Shown here one piece after another: positions 44,098 through 56,805 of a stretch of 64,000 nucleotides of DNA. The translations under genes and the position numbers were made by a program. The stretch is from the NCBI GenBank assembly GCA_049840735.1, contig JASGJN010000013.1, forward strand, positions 608,001 to 672,000, read 5' to 3'. The notes beneath the pieces were generated by a model. It ran no database searches. It worked only from the letters and a program-made list of their open reading frames with translations, and was not told the origin of the DNA. The DNA is from Anaeromyxobacter sp. (GTDB taxonomy: Bacteria; Myxococcota; Myxococcia; Myxococcales; Anaeromyxobacteraceae). Position 1 is the stretch's first letter; each line of letters begins with the position of its first letter.

Positions 44098-46245
44098 ATG
44101 GAATCCGGGCCCGACAAGCCGGGGCGCAGGCACTCGCTCCCCCTCCTGATCGGACTGGCCCTCCTCGCCCTCATGGCGCTCGCGCTGGTCGCCCTGTCGA
44201 TCGACGGCAGGGGGCTCGGGCCCCGCGAGCTGGGCGTCCGCCTCGCGCTGGGGGCGCTGGTCGCGCTGGTCTCCGCGGACATGGCGAGGCGGCTGGTGCG
44301 AGGGCGGCGCCTGTTCACGGCGGGGCTGGAGGCCTCTCGGCAGAGCAGCGTCCGCTACCGGGCGCTCTTCGACTCCATGACCGACGCCCTGGTCACGGTG
44401 GATTTGGCTGGGCGGATCATCTCCTTCAACGAGCCCTTCCGCGTGCTGCTGGGGCGTCCCGCCGACGAGCTGCTGCGGCTCACGTACCAGGACCTCACCC
44501 CGCGCCAGTGGCACGCCATGGAGGCGGCGGTGGTGGGGGACCTGCTCCGGCGCGATCGGTCGGAGGTCTACGAGAAGGAGTACCTGCGCGGCGACGGCCA
44601 GCCCGTGCCGGTGGAGCTCAAGACCTTCCTGGTCCGCGACGCCGACGGCACGCCGACCAGCATGAGCGCCATCGTGCGGGACATCAGCGCACGCAAGCGC
44701 ATGGAGGACCAGCTCCGCGAGAGCGAGGCGCGCTTCCGGCGGCTCTTCGACGGCGCGGCCGACGCGGTCTTCGTCCACGATCGGCAGGGCCGCATCGTGG
44801 ACGCGAACCGGGCAGCCTCCGAGAGCGTCGGCTACACGCGGGACGAGCTGCTGCGCCTCGGGGTGGCGGACGTCCAGGCGTCGCTCCGGCCCGCCGAGCT
44901 CGCCGAGGCCTGGGAGCGGGTCTGCGACGGGACCAGCGTCACCGTCGACGGCGTGCACCGCCGGCGCGACGGCTCCACCTTCCCGGTGGAGGTCCACGTG
45001 GCGCTGCTCGCGGCCGGCGACGATCCGCTGCTGATCGCCGCGGCGCGCGACATCACCGAGCGGCGCCACGCCGAGGCGGAGCGGCGGCGGCTCGAGGAGG
45101 ACCTCCGCCAGTCCCAGAAGGTCGAGGCCATCGGCAGGGTGGCCGGGGGGGTGGCGCACGACTTCAACAACGTGCTGACGGTGATCCTCTCCTGCAGCGC
45201 GACCCTGCGGGACGCGGCGCGGCAGGGCAAGGTCCCCGACCGCGAGGAGGTGGAGGACCTCGTCTCGGCGGCCGAGCGGGCGCGAGCCATCACCCGGCAG
45301 CTGCTGGCCTTCTCGCGGCGCGACCGCGTCGACCCGCAGCCGGTGGACCTGAACCGCTTCCTCGAGGACTCGCGCAAGCTCCATGCGCGGCTCCTCGGCG
45401 ACAACGTGGAGCTCTCGCTGGCGCTGGAGCCGGGGCTGGGCGCGGTCCTGTGCGATCCCGCCCACCTGGACCAGGTGCTGCTCAACCTCGTCGCCAACGC
45501 GCGGGACGCGCTGGCGCGCGGCGGACAGGTGCGGCTCGCCACCGGGCAGGTCACGCTGGGTGAGGGCGACCGGACATGGCCAGGCCTGCCCGCCGGTCGC
45601 TATGTCCGCCTGGAGGTCAGCGACGATGGGGAGGGCATGACGCCGGAGGTGGCGGAGCGGGTCTTCGACCCGTTCTTCACCACCAAGCCGGAGGGGAGGG
45701 GCACGGGCCTGGGGCTGGCCACCGTGCACCGGATCGTCCGGGATGCGGGCGGGGCGGTGCGCGTCCAGAGCGCCCCGGGCCTGGGCGCCACGTTCCAGGT
45801 CCTGCTCCCATGGAGAGGCCCCGTGGCCGCCTGGACCGCGCGCGCGCACGATCCGGGGATCAGGGGCGGCAGCGAGACCATCCTCCTGGTCGAGGATGAG
45901 CCGGACATCCGCCGCGTGGCGGCGCGGGCCCTGGCGCGGGCCGGCTACAGGGTCCACGTCGCCGCCCATGGCGCCGAGGCGCTGGAGCTGGCGGGGCAGG
46001 TGGAGCGGCCCGACCTGGTGGTCACCGACATCATCATGCCGCGCCTGGACGGGCCGCGGCTGGCGGACGCCTTGCGCCGCTGCTGGCCCGGGATCCCGCT
46101 GCTCTTCACGTCGGGCTACACCGACGACCGGCTGGCCTCCTCGGGCGCCCTGGGGGAGGAGGTGGTCCTCCTCCGCAAGCCGTTCACCGCCGCCGACCTG
46201 CTGGGCCGGGTGCGTTCGGTGCTCGACCAGGTGCGGCCAGGCTGA
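44098..46245 (+). CDS. Membrane PAS-PAS hybrid histidine kinase (CckA-like architecture)
   Basis: 2 TM, two PAS/PAC, AHDFNN, NARDA, FFTTK, GTGLGL, receiver LLVEDE/TDIIMP/KPF. Confidence 0.93.
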   Translation: MESGPDKPGRRHSLPLLIGLALLALMALALVALSIDGRGLGPRELGVRLALGALVALVSADMARRLVRGRRLFTAGLEASRQSSVRYRALFDSMTDALVTVDLAGRIISFNEPFRVLLGRPADELLRLTYQDLTPRQWHAMEAAVVGDLLRRDRSEVYEKEYLRGDGQPVPVELKTFLVRDADGTPTSMSAIVRDISARKRMEDQLRESEARFRRLFDGAADAVFVHDRQGRIVDANRAASESVGYTRDELLRLGVADVQASLRPAELAEAWERVCDGTSVTVDGVHRRRDGSTFPVEVHVALLAAGDDPLLIAAARDITERRHAEAERRRLEEDLRQSQKVEAIGRVAGGVAHDFNNVLTVILSCSATLRDAARQGKVPDREEVEDLVSAAERARAITRQLLAFSRRDRVDPQPVDLNRFLEDSRKLHARLLGDNVELSLALEPGLGAVLCDPAHLDQVLLNLVANARDALARGGQVRLATGQVTLGEGDRTWPGLPAGRYVRLEVSDDGEGMTPEVAERVFDPFFTTKPEGRGTGLGLATVHRIVRDAGGAVRVQSAPGLGATFQVLLPWRGPVAAWTARAHDPGIRGGSETILLVEDEPDIRRVAARALARAGYRVHVAAHGAEALELAGQVERPDLVVTDIIMPRLDGPRLADALRRCWPGIPLLFTSGYTDDRLASSGALGEEVVLLRKPFTAADLLGRVRSVLDQVRPG

Positions 46246-46287
46246 CCGCCGGGCGCCGCCGCTGGCGGGCCCGGCGGGACGGCGGCG

Positions 46288-47046
46288 CTAGAGGCGCTCG
46301 TCGATGGCGCGGTTGCTCATGGCGTCCGCCTGCGCGTTCTCCTCGCGCGGGATGTGGCGGACCTGGATCCACTGGAAGGCCTGGATCAGCTGCTGCGCCT
46401 CCTGGTGCAGCGGCACCAGGTGCTCGGCCTTGACGGCGTAGTCGCCGGCCAGCTGCTTCACCAGCAGCTCGGAGTCGGAGAGGACCTCCAGCTCCTTGAT
46501 GCCCATGGCCTTGGCGCGCTTGAGGCCCAGGATGAGCCCCATGTACTCGGCCACGTTGTTCGTGGACTCGCCCAGGAACTTGCCGACCTTGGCCATGATG
46601 TGGCCGTCGGCGTTCACGATCACCGCCCCGGCGCCGGCCGGGCCGGGGTTCCCGCGGGCGGCGCCGTCGGTGTAGAGGCGGGTGCGCTTCGAGGCCTGGG
46701 CGACGGCGGCCGCGTCGGCGGCGGCCCGCTCGGCGGCCTCGGCGGCGGCGCGCTCCTTCTTGCGCCGGTCGCGCTCGGCCTTGGACAGGTCCATGGCCTC
46801 GTCCAGCTCGGCGGCCGAGCGCGCGGCGGCCTTCTCCACGTCGCTCTGCCTGCGGACCTTGATGCCCTTGGAGCCGCCGCCGGCGGCCTGCTCCTTGGCG
46901 CTCTCCAGCTCGTCCACCCGGTCGGCCGCGGCGTTGATCAGCTTGCCCAGCGTGTCGCGATCGTAGCCGGGGTAGCGCGCGCGCGTGCGCGGCAGGTCCT
47001 CGTTGGCGGCGATGAAGCGCAGCAGCTCGGAGAGCGCCTTGGCCAC
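46288..47046 (-). CDS. rnhA: Ribonuclease HI with N-terminal helical extension
   Basis: YTDGAARGNPGPAG, TNNVAEY, DSELLVKQ, HIPREENAQAD. Confidence 0.92.
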   Translation of the reverse strand: MAKALSELLRFIAANEDLPRTRARYPGYDRDTLGKLINAAADRVDELESAKEQAAGGGSKGIKVRRQSDVEKAAARSAAELDEAMDLSKAERDRRKKERAAAEAAERAAADAAAVAQASKRTRLYTDGAARGNPGPAGAGAVIVNADGHIMAKVGKFLGESTNNVAEYMGLILGLKRAKAMGIKELEVLSDSELLVKQLAGDYAVKAEHLVPLHQEAQQLIQAFQWIQVRHIPREENAQADAMSNRAIDERL

Positions 47047-47049
47047 GGG

Positions 47050-47790
47050 CTAGGCCGGCGACGCGGCGGGCGGGTTGACCGCCTCGGCCGAGTAGATGAT
47101 GCGGTTGCAGTTCGGGCAGGTCTCGATGGAGTTGGCCCGCTGCAGGGTGATGGCCAGCTGCGGCGGGATGTTCCGCTGGCAGCCCTTGCAGGTCATCCCC
47201 ACCACCGGCGTCACGGCCACGCCCGCGCGGCGGCGCTTGATGTTCTCGTACTTGGCGAGCAGCGAGGGATCCACCAGCTTGGCGGACTCGACGCGGCGCG
47301 CCTCGAGCGAGGTGCGGCGGGCCTCCAGCTCGGCCTGCTGGGCGGCCAGCGCCTTCACCTGGCCCTCGGCGGCATCCTCGGCCTCGGCCAGCGCCTCGCC
47401 CTGCTGCTCGAGCGCCTTCTGGATGTCGAGCGCCTGGGCGCCCAGGGCCTTCACCTGCTCGCCCTGCGCGTCGTTGGACTTCTTGAGGATGTCGATCTCG
47501 CGCGAGAAGGCGGCGTACTCGCGGGGCGTGCGGATGTCGCCCAGCTTGCCCTCCCAGGTCTTGGCCTTCTGGCGCTCCATGGCCAGCAGCGACTCCAGCT
47601 GGCGGCGCTCGCGCTCGTTCGACTCGAGCCGGCCCTTCTCCTCGTCCCAGGCCTTCTTCGCCTGGACGACGCTGACCTCGGCCGCCGCCCGCTTCGGCCC
47701 GATGCCCTCGAGCTGGCCGCGGACGTCGTTGATCTCGAGGTCGATCTGCTGCAGCTCCTCCAGCGCCTTCAGCTTCTCACGCAGCGACAA
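47050..47790 (-). CDS. Coiled-coil C4 zinc-ribbon protein (DUF164/CT398-like)
   Basis: LQQID, long coiled coil, CKGC...CPNCNRI. Confidence 0.9.
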   Translation of the reverse strand: MSLREKLKALEELQQIDLEINDVRGQLEGIGPKRAAAEVSVVQAKKAWDEEKGRLESNERERRQLESLLAMERQKAKTWEGKLGDIRTPREYAAFSREIDILKKSNDAQGEQVKALGAQALDIQKALEQQGEALAEAEDAAEGQVKALAAQQAELEARRTSLEARRVESAKLVDPSLLAKYENIKRRRAGVAVTPVVGMTCKGCQRNIPPQLAITLQRANSIETCPNCNRIIYSAEAVNPPAASPA

Positions 47791-47815
47791 TGCCGTTCTC
47801 CTCGGGGACGACTCA

Positions 47816-47888
47816 TGGGCCCACCAGGATTCGAACCTGGATCACACCGGTTATGAGCCGAGCGCTCTGACCGTTGAGCTATGGGCCC
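47816..47888 (-). tRNA. tRNA with CAT anticodon, most likely tRNA-Ile2 (lysidine); CCA not encoded
   Basis: GGGCCCATAGCTCAACGGTCAGAGCGCTCGGCT-CAT-AACCGGTGTGATCCAGGTTCGAATCCTGGTGGGCCCA folds as a cloverleaf; GGGCCC acceptor stem and location after rpoD favour Ile2. Confidence 0.93.
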
Positions 47889-47918
47889 TGTCCGGCCCTG
47901 GCGGGCTTCCTATCACAA

Positions 47919-47947
47919 CCAAACGCCCCCGTCCCGGGGGCGTTTGG
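47919..47947 (-). terminator. Intrinsic terminator-like hairpin after rpoD
   Basis: CCAAACGCCCCCG-TCC-CGGGGGCGTTTGG, perfect 13-bp stem. Confidence 0.65.
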
Positions 47948-47959
47948 CCTCTGCTGCCT

Positions 47960-50384
<2,425 letters not shown>

Positions 50385-50509
50385 CTCGCTCGGCTCCTTC
50401 GACGCTGCTGCTCGGGACTGCTTCCTAACGGCGCCCGGGCGAACCAGCCCGGTCAACTTGCCGGGCGTGATCCCGGCCAACTTCGAGAGAATGCTTCGGA
50501 GAGGTGCTT

Positions 50510-52531
50510 TCATCCGGGCCGCTCCATGGAGCGAAGCCGCTTCTCCAGATCCGACCGCCTGCGGGCCGCCACCTGGGCGGCGGTGGCCAGGTCCTCGGGG
50601 ACCGGGCTGCCGGCCCGGGCGATCTGGGCCAGCAGGCGGTCCTGCTCGGCCCGGACCGCCTCGATGGTCGCCTTCACGGCCGCCTTGCGGAGCTCGCGCT
50701 CCGCCTCCTCCGGCTTCGGCCGCCCCGGACCGGCCCAGTCGCGGACCCTGCGGAGCGTCGCGTCATCGGCCCCGGCCGCCACTCGCGCCAGGGCGTCCTC
50801 CAGGGCCACCGGCCCCTGGCACATGTCGCGCGCCAGGTCGGCGAGCGGCCCGGGAGGGAGCAGCCGTGCCACCCCCTCCTCCTCGGCGGCCGGCCCCAGC
50901 TCGGGGAAGGCGGCCAGGATGCCCAGCGCGTCCGCCGCCGGCCCAGGCAGCACCAGCCGGACCCGCGCCCGCTGGGCGGGGGTGGCCTGGGTGGACCCGG
51001 TCCCGGTCCGGAACCCGGGCCCAGGCCGGTCCGACCGCTCGGGGCGGTCGGCGCGGTCCTGCGCCGGCCAGGGCTGCCCCTGCTGCGGCGGTTGGGCCGG
51101 GGCGGCGTGGGGCTGCCCCCGCTCCCCGGCCAGCTCGGCGCGGAGCGCGCCGGGATTGAGATCGAGCCGCTTGGCGATGGCGTCCTCGAAGACAGAACGC
51201 GCGAGCCCCTCCGGCATCATCCGCACGTACGGCGTCAGCTCGGCCACCGCGGCCAGCTTCCCCTCGAAGGGCGCCTCGGCAGGCCGGGGGCCGCAGGAGC
51301 GGAGCGCCGCCCGGTCGATCAGGAAGGCGGAGAGCGGCTGGGCGCCCGCCAGCAGGGCCTCCAGGCCGGCGCGGCCATGGGCGCGCGCGTAGTCGTCCGG
51401 GTCGGTCTTGCCCTTGTCGGAGGGGAGGATGGCCACCTTCCCGGCCAGCCCGGCCGGGAAGAGCGCCGCGGCCGCCTTGGAGGGCGCCGCCAGGCCGGCC
51501 ACGTCGCCGTCGAACAGGATGGTGACCTCGCGGCAGTCGCACCGGGTCAGGAGCTCGACGTGCTCCGGCGTCAGCGCGGTGCCGCAGACCGCGACCGCGT
51601 TCGTGACGCCGACCTGGTGCAAGCCGATCACGTCGAAGTAGCCCTCCACCAGCACCGCCGTGCGCGTCTTCCGGATGGCCTCGCGGGCGAGGTCCAGGCC
51701 GTACAGGACGCGGGACTTCTTGTAGAGCGGGGTCTCGGGGGTGTTGATGTACTTCGCCCCCTTCTCCTCGCCCAGCGCTCGCGCGCCGAACCCGATCACC
51801 TGTCCATCCAGCCCGGCGATCGGGAACATCAGCCGGTGGCGGAACCGGTCGTAGACCCCGGTGCTCCGCTCCCGGTCGATCACCAGCCCCGCCCGCCGCA
51901 GCGCCTCCAGCGGCAGCCCCTTGTCCTTCAGCCGCGCCGGGAGATCGCTCCAGGCATCGGCCGCCACGCCCAACCGGAACCGCTGCCGCGACTCCTCCGA
52001 CACGCCGCGCCCGTCGAGGTAGGTCCGCGCCTCCTCGCCGAACCGGCTCGCCAGCCGCGCCGCCCAGTACCGCGCCGCCGCGTCGGACGCGGCCAGCACC
52101 TCGTTCCGCTCCCGCCGCCGCTCCCGCGCCTCGGCGGAGTCCACCTCGGCGGCCTCGGGGATCTCGACGCCGACCTCCTGCGCCAGCGCCCTCACCACCT
52201 CGGGAAACTCCTTGCCTTCCAGCCGCTGCAGGAACTTGAAGACGTCGCCTCTCGCGCCGCAGCCGTAGCAGTGGAAGTGCTTGTCGTCCGGATAGACGTG
52301 GAAGCTCGGCGTCTTCTCACCATGGAAGATGCAGTTGCCCTTCCAGGTCCGTCCGGACCGCTTCAGCTCCATGTGGCGGCCGATCACCGCCACGATGTCG
52401 ATGCGAGCCTTGATCTCCTCGATGACCGCGTCGGGGATCAGGGGACCGCCTCCTGCGACCTCCTCGCCACCGGGCGGGGAGATCGGTCGAAGCGGGGTCG
52501 CGCACCGGCGCGCCCCGCCCACACCCGCCAC
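50510..52531 (-). CDS. dnaG: DNA primase
   Basis: CIFHGEKTPSF, CYGC, KYINTPET, VEGYFD, FDGDVAG, DPDD; real start probably near 52441. Confidence 0.96.
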   Translation of the reverse strand: MAGVGGARRCATPLRPISPPGGEEVAGGGPLIPDAVIEEIKARIDIVAVIGRHMELKRSGRTWKGNCIFHGEKTPSFHVYPDDKHFHCYGCGARGDVFKFLQRLEGKEFPEVVRALAQEVGVEIPEAAEVDSAEARERRRERNEVLAASDAAARYWAARLASRFGEEARTYLDGRGVSEESRQRFRLGVAADAWSDLPARLKDKGLPLEALRRAGLVIDRERSTGVYDRFRHRLMFPIAGLDGQVIGFGARALGEEKGAKYINTPETPLYKKSRVLYGLDLAREAIRKTRTAVLVEGYFDVIGLHQVGVTNAVAVCGTALTPEHVELLTRCDCREVTILFDGDVAGLAAPSKAAAALFPAGLAGKVAILPSDKGKTDPDDYARAHGRAGLEALLAGAQPLSAFLIDRAALRSCGPRPAEAPFEGKLAAVAELTPYVRMMPEGLARSVFEDAIAKRLDLNPGALRAELAGERGQPHAAPAQPPQQGQPWPAQDRADRPERSDRPGPGFRTGTGSTQATPAQRARVRLVLPGPAADALGILAAFPELGPAAEEEGVARLLPPGPLADLARDMCQGPVALEDALARVAAGADDATLRRVRDWAGPGRPKPEEAERELRKAAVKATIEAVRAEQDRLLAQIARAGSPVPEDLATAAQVAARRRSDLEKRLRSMERPG

Positions 52532-52550
52532 CCGGCTGTCCGGGGGTGAG

Positions 52551-53007
52551 CTACTTCCCGGAGAGGCGCGCCTTCACCAGCTCCGAGACCGTCTTCCCCT
52601 CCGCCTTCCCCGCCACCTCGGGCTGGAGCGCCTTCATGACGGCGCCCATGTCCTTGGGCCCCTTGGCCCCGACCTTGGCGATGGTGGCGTCCACCAGCGC
52701 CGCGAGCTCGGCCGCGGTCAGCTGGGCCGGCTGCCAGCCCTGGAGGATGGCGATCTCCGCCTCCTCCTTGTCGACGAGGTCCTGCCGGTTGCCGGCCCGG
52801 TACTGCTCCACCGAGTCGCGGCGCCGCTTGATCTCGCCGGAGATCACGCCCTGGATCCCCGCGTCGTCGAGCGGCTTCATGAGCTCGATTCTCGCGGTAC
52901 TTGATGGCGCTCTTCAGCATCCGGACCACGCTCAGCTTGAGCGTGTCCTTGCCGAGCATGGCGGCCTTGAGATTGGCGTCCAGCTGTTCCTTGAGGGCCA
53001 CGGTCAC
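52551..53007 (-). CDS. yqeY: GatB/YqeY domain protein (one apparent frameshift near 52889)
   Basis: LKAAM...RMLKSAIKY plus KRRRDSVEQY...KDMGAVMK; between rpsU and dnaG. Confidence 0.92.
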
Positions 53008-53029
53008 GGCTCCCGGGGGACCGCGAGGG

Positions 53030-53224
53030 CTAGAAGGTCTTCCGCGCCTTCTTGAGCGCGCGCTTCTTGGCGGCGAGCGCCTTCTTCTTCTTCTTCACGC
53101 TCGGCTTCTCGTAGTGCTCGCGCTTGCGGATCTCCGAGAGGATCCCCGCCTTCTCGCACTGCTTCTTGAACCGCTTCATCGCGTTCTCGAAGCTCTCGCC
53201 GTCCTTGACACGCACTCCGGTCAT
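53030..53224 (-). CDS. rpsU: 30S ribosomal protein S21
   Basis: [18 protein letters not shown]...REHYEKPS. Confidence 0.98.
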   Translation of the reverse strand: MTGVRVKDGESFENAMKRFKKQCEKAGILSEIRKREHYEKPSVKKKKKALAAKKRALKKARKTF

Positions 53225-53327
53225 TCGTGGTTCCTCGGCCTTCTCAGTCGCTGGTGTTGTCGTTGCCTAGAAACGCGTCGAGCCGGACGCCCTCGGACGC
53301 CCGGCTCTCCACGGGGCTGGTCGGCGG

Positions 53328-53356
53328 CTATTAGAAGATTTCCCCACCTGTGTCAA
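53328..53356 (-). promoter_or_regulatory. Sigma70-type promoter of the rpsU-yqeY-dnaG-rpoD operon
   Basis: TTGACA (53356-53351), 17-nt spacer, TAATAG (53333-53328). Confidence 0.7.
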
Positions 53357-53685
53357 GGGGTTCCGGGCCGCGGGCCGGAGGGGAGCGCGTGCCTGCGCTC
53401 CAGGATCGCGTACACCTCGGCGGGGGTGACATCCGCCGAAGCGAGCAGCACGAACAGGTGGTACAGCGAATCGGCCGCCTCGTGCGCCAGGTGGTCCTTG
53501 GAGTCCTTGCCCGCGAGGAGCCCCTGGTGCGCCTCGTTCACCTCGTAGGCTTCCTCGATGATCTTGCGCCGGATCTTGGGCGGGTTTCCGAGGAGCTGGC
53601 GCGTGTAGGACTTGGACGTCGCGTCGTCCGCCTTGCGCGACTCGATGGTGGCCCAGAGCTGGGCGAGGAACCGCTCGTCTGCCAT
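53353..53685 (-). CDS. hisE: Phosphoribosyl-ATP pyrophosphatase
   Basis: [28 protein letters not shown]. Confidence 0.93.
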   Translation of the reverse strand: MADERFLAQLWATIESRKADDATSKSYTRQLLGNPPKIRRKIIEEAYEVNEAHQGLLAGKDSKDHLAHEAADSLYHLFVLLASADVTPAEVYAILERRHALPSGPRPGTP

Positions 53686-54020
53686 GGGAGGTCCTGCCTT
53701 TCGGAGAAGCAGCTCCGCGTGCCGGTGTGACAGGCGGGGCCGGTCTGGCGCACCACGTAGAGCACGGCATCTCCGTCGCAGTCCAGCGCGATGGAGTGGA
53801 GCGCCTGGGTGTGGCCGCTGGTGTCGCCCTTCCGCCAGAGCGACCGGCGGCTGCGCGACCAGTAGGTGGCCCGGCCCCCCTCGATCGAGGCCACCAGCGC
53901 CTCGCGGTTGGCCCAGGCCAGCATGAGGACGGTCCCGTCCTCGTCCTGCGCGACCACCGGCACCAGGCCGCGGTCGTCGAACTTCACGCGATCGAGGAGC
54001 TTCGCCACCGCCTTCTTCAC
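53538..54020 (-). CDS. hisI: Phosphoribosyl-AMP cyclohydrolase
   Basis: [40 protein letters not shown]; conserved part ends near 53700, frame runs on into hisE. Confidence 0.93.
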   Translation of the reverse strand: MKKAVAKLLDRVKFDDRGLVPVVAQDEDGTVLMLAWANREALVASIEGGRATYWSRSRRSLWRKGDTSGHTQALHSIALDCDGDAVLYVVRQTGPACHTGTRSCFSERQDLPWQTSGSSPSSGPPSSRARRTTRRPSPTRASSSETRPRSGARSSRKPTR

Positions 54021-54784
54021 GGCCTCACCTCGATCCCCTTCGCCTGCAGGTAGGCCTTGGCCTCCTGCACCGTGTGCTTGCCGTCGTGGAAGATGGACGC
54101 GGCCAGGGCGGCATCCGCGATGCGGAGCCCCTCGGCCAGGTGCTCCAGCGTCCCCACGCCGCCGGAGGCGATGACCGGGATGTTCACCGCCCCGCACACC
54201 CGCTCCAGCAGCTCCAGGTCGTAGCCGGCCTGCGTGCCGTCGCGGTCCATGGAGGTGAGCAGGATCTCCCCCGCCCCCCGGGCCGCCACCTCGCGCGCCC
54301 AGGCAATCCCCTCCACCCCGGTGGGCTTCGACCCCCCGGCCACGTAGACCTCCCAGGCCTGCGGCTCGCCCGCCTGGCGCGGCCGGCGCTTCACGTCGAT
54401 GGCCACCACCAGCGCCTGCGCGCCGGCGATGCGCGAGAGCCGGTCCACCAGCCCGGGCTCCTTCACCGCCGAGGAGTTGACCGACACCTTGTCGGCGCCG
54501 GCGTGGAGCAGCGTGACGAAGTCCTCCTCGCTGCGCACCCCGCCGCCCACCGTCAGCGGCGCGAAGACCCGCGCCGCGGTGCGCGTGACCAGGTCCACCA
54601 GCGTGCCCCGGTTCTCCTGCGTGGCGGCGATGTCGAGGTAGGTGACCTCGTCGGCCCCCTGCGCGTCGTAGCGGGCGGCGGCCTCCACCGGATCGCCCGC
54701 GTCGCGCAGGTTCTGGAAGTGGATCCCCTTCACCACGCGCCCGTTCTTCACGTCCAGGCAGGGGATGATGCGCTTGGCAGGCAT
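54017..54784 (-). CDS. hisF: Imidazole glycerol phosphate synthase, cyclase subunit
   Basis: [29 protein letters not shown]. Confidence 0.97.
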   Translation of the reverse strand: MPAKRIIPCLDVKNGRVVKGIHFQNLRDAGDPVEAAARYDAQGADEVTYLDIAATQENRGTLVDLVTRTAARVFAPLTVGGGVRSEEDFVTLLHAGADKVSVNSSAVKEPGLVDRLSRIAGAQALVVAIDVKRRPRQAGEPQAWEVYVAGGSKPTGVEGIAWAREVAARGAGEILLTSMDRDGTQAGYDLELLERVCGAVNIPVIASGGVGTLEHLAEGLRIADAALAASIFHDGKHTVQEAKAYLQAKGIEVRP

Positions 54785-54802
54785 GCGTCGTCGCGGCTTT
54801 CG

Positions 54803-55525
54803 TCAGGCGGCGGCGGCGGCCGTCCGGACCGCCTCCGCCAGGTTGATCCGCCCCTCGTAGATGGCCTTGCCCACGATGACGCCGTACAGGCCGGCCTCGC
54901 GGCAGGCCACGATGTCCTGCAAGCCGGCCACGCCGCCGGAGGCCACCACCGGCACGCCGGCCTGGGCCTGGATCGGCGCCGAGCCGGCCGCGTCCACGCC
55001 GGCGAACATGCCGTCGCGGCCCACGTCGGTGTGCTCCACCACGGTGACGCCGGCCGCCTTGACCCGGCGCGCCACCGCCACCGCGGTGAGCCCCGTCCCC
55101 TCCAGCCAGCCGGCGATCTTCACCTCGCCGCCGCGCGCGTCGATCCCGGCGCGGACCCGGCCCGGGAACGCCTTGCAGGCCTGCTCCACCAGGTCCATCC
55201 GCTCCACCGCCGCGGTGCCCAGGATCACGTACTTCACCCCCAGCGCGAGCACCTTCTCGATGTCCGGCAGCGTGCGCAGCCCGCCCCCCAGCTCCACCTC
55301 CAGCCCGGGCACCTGGCAGATGTCCCGGACCGCGTCGAGGTTGACCGGCCAGCCGGCCTTGGCGCCCTCCAGGTCCACCACGTGCAGCAGGGTGGCGCCG
55401 GCCCGGGCGAACTCGGCGGCCTTGTCGGCGGGGCGGCCGGCGTAGACCTTCTTGGTGGCGTAGTCGCCCTTCTGCAGGCGGACCACCTCGCCGCCGATGA
55501 GGTCGATGGCGGGGATGACGAGCAT
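54803..55525 (-). CDS. hisA: ProFAR isomerase
   Basis: [30 protein letters not shown]. Confidence 0.97.
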   Translation of the reverse strand: MLVIPAIDLIGGEVVRLQKGDYATKKVYAGRPADKAAEFARAGATLLHVVDLEGAKAGWPVNLDAVRDICQVPGLEVELGGGLRTLPDIEKVLALGVKYVILGTAAVERMDLVEQACKAFPGRVRAGIDARGGEVKIAGWLEGTGLTAVAVARRVKAAGVTVVEHTDVGRDGMFAGVDAAGSAPIQAQAGVPVVASGGVAGLQDIVACREAGLYGVIVGKAIYEGRINLAEAVRTAAAAA

Positions 55526-55579
55526 GGTGCGGTCTCTCGCTTCCGGTTGGGCGCGGGCCTGCGAAGCCCGGGCGCGTGA

Positions 55580-56200
55580 TCAGAGGGCGACGAAGCGCTC
55601 CAGCAGCGCCAGCCCGATCTTCTGGCTCTTCTCCGGGTGGAACTGGACCGCGTGCAGGTTGCCCCGGGCCAGCGCGGCGCAGTAGGGCCGGCCGTGCGTG
55701 GTGACCAGCGCGGTGCCGGGCGCGTCGGCGGGGGCGGCGTAGGAGTGGGCGAAGTAGACGTAGGCGCCGGCCATGGGGGCAAAGAGCTGCGTGTCCGGCG
55801 CGCCCTCCCCGGCCCGCTCCACCCGCGACCAGCCGATGTGCGGCAGCTTCACGCCCGCCGGCAGCCGGGCGATGCGGCCGGGCAGGAGCCCCAGCCCCTT
55901 CGCGCCTCCCGCCTCCTCGCCCTCCTGGAAGAGGATCTGCAGCCCCACGCAGATGCCCAGCGTGGGGGCCCCGCGGGCGATGGCCTCGCGCAGCGCGTCG
56001 GCCACGCCGCTCCGGCGCATGGCCTCGGCGCACTCCGGCATCGAGCCCTGGCCCGGCACCACCACGCGGTCGGCGCGGCGCACCACCTCGGCGTCGCGGG
56101 TGACCGTCACGGCGGCCCCCACCGCGCGCAGCGCGTTCTCGACCGAGCGCAGGTTGCCCGCCCCGTAGTCGACCAGCGCCACCGTCCCCGGAGCGGCCAC
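55580..56200 (-). CDS. hisH: Imidazole glycerol phosphate synthase, glutaminase subunit
   Basis: [29 protein letters not shown]. Confidence 0.97.
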   Translation of the reverse strand: MAAPGTVALVDYGAGNLRSVENALRAVGAAVTVTRDAEVVRRADRVVVPGQGSMPECAEAMRRSGVADALREAIARGAPTLGICVGLQILFQEGEEAGGAKGLGLLPGRIARLPAGVKLPHIGWSRVERAGEGAPDTQLFAPMAGAYVYFAHSYAAPADAPGTALVTTHGRPYCAALARGNLHAVQFHPEKSQKIGLALLERFVAL

Positions 56201-56805
56201 TAGAGCAGCCCCTTGGTCGAGGGCAGCGCGTCGCCCTCGCGCGCGGTGGCGGCCCGCAGCGCCCGGGCGGTGGCCTTGAAGATGGCCTCCACCACGTGGT
56301 GCAGGTTGCGGCCGTAGCGCACGTTGACGTGCAGGCAGATGCGGGCGTGGTTGACCAGGGCCTGCAGGAAGTCCTGCGTCAGGTCCACGTCGAAGGTGCC
56401 GATGAACCGCTTGCCGCTGGGCAGGCCGGCGTTGAAGGTGAGGTGCGGCCGGCCGGAGAGGTCCACCACCACCTCCACCAGCGCCTCGTCCAGCGGCACC
56501 ACCGCGTGGCCGTAGCGGGCCAGGCCGGTCTTGTCCGCCACCGCCTGGCGCAGCGCCTCGCCCAGGCCGATGCCCACGTCCTCGACGGTGTGGTGCGCGT
56601 CCACGTGCAGGTCGCCGTCGGCCTTCACCCTCAGCGTCAGGCCGCCGTGGCGCCCGAGCTGGTCCAGCATGTGGTCGAAGAAGGGGACGCCGGTGGCGAT
56701 CTCCGAGGCGCCGGGCGCGAGCGCGAGCTCCACCGCGACGTCGGTCTCCTTGGTCTTCCGCGCGATCTTCCCGGCCCGCACCGCGGCCGCCCTGGGCTTC
56801 CTCAT
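56200..56805 (-). CDS. hisB: Imidazoleglycerol-phosphate dehydratase
   Basis: [36 protein letters not shown]. Confidence 0.97.
   Translation of the reverse strand: MRKPRAAAVRAGKIARKTKETDVAVELALAPGASEIATGVPFFDHMLDQLGRHGGLTLRVKADGDLHVDAHHTVEDVGIGLGEALRQAVADKTGLARYGHAVVPLDEALVEVVVDLSGRPHLTFNAGLPSGKRFIGTFDVDLTQDFLQALVNHARICLHVNVRYGRNLHHVVEAIFKATARALRAATAREGDALPSTKGLL

Noticed and set aside
46246..46290. RNase P RNA next to rnhA, or a retron linked to RNase H
   Set aside because: Gap is only about 40 bp with no rnpB motifs; no reverse transcriptase in the window
47816..47888. tRNA as an integration site
   Set aside because: No integrase and no duplicated tRNA 3' end; core genes on both sides
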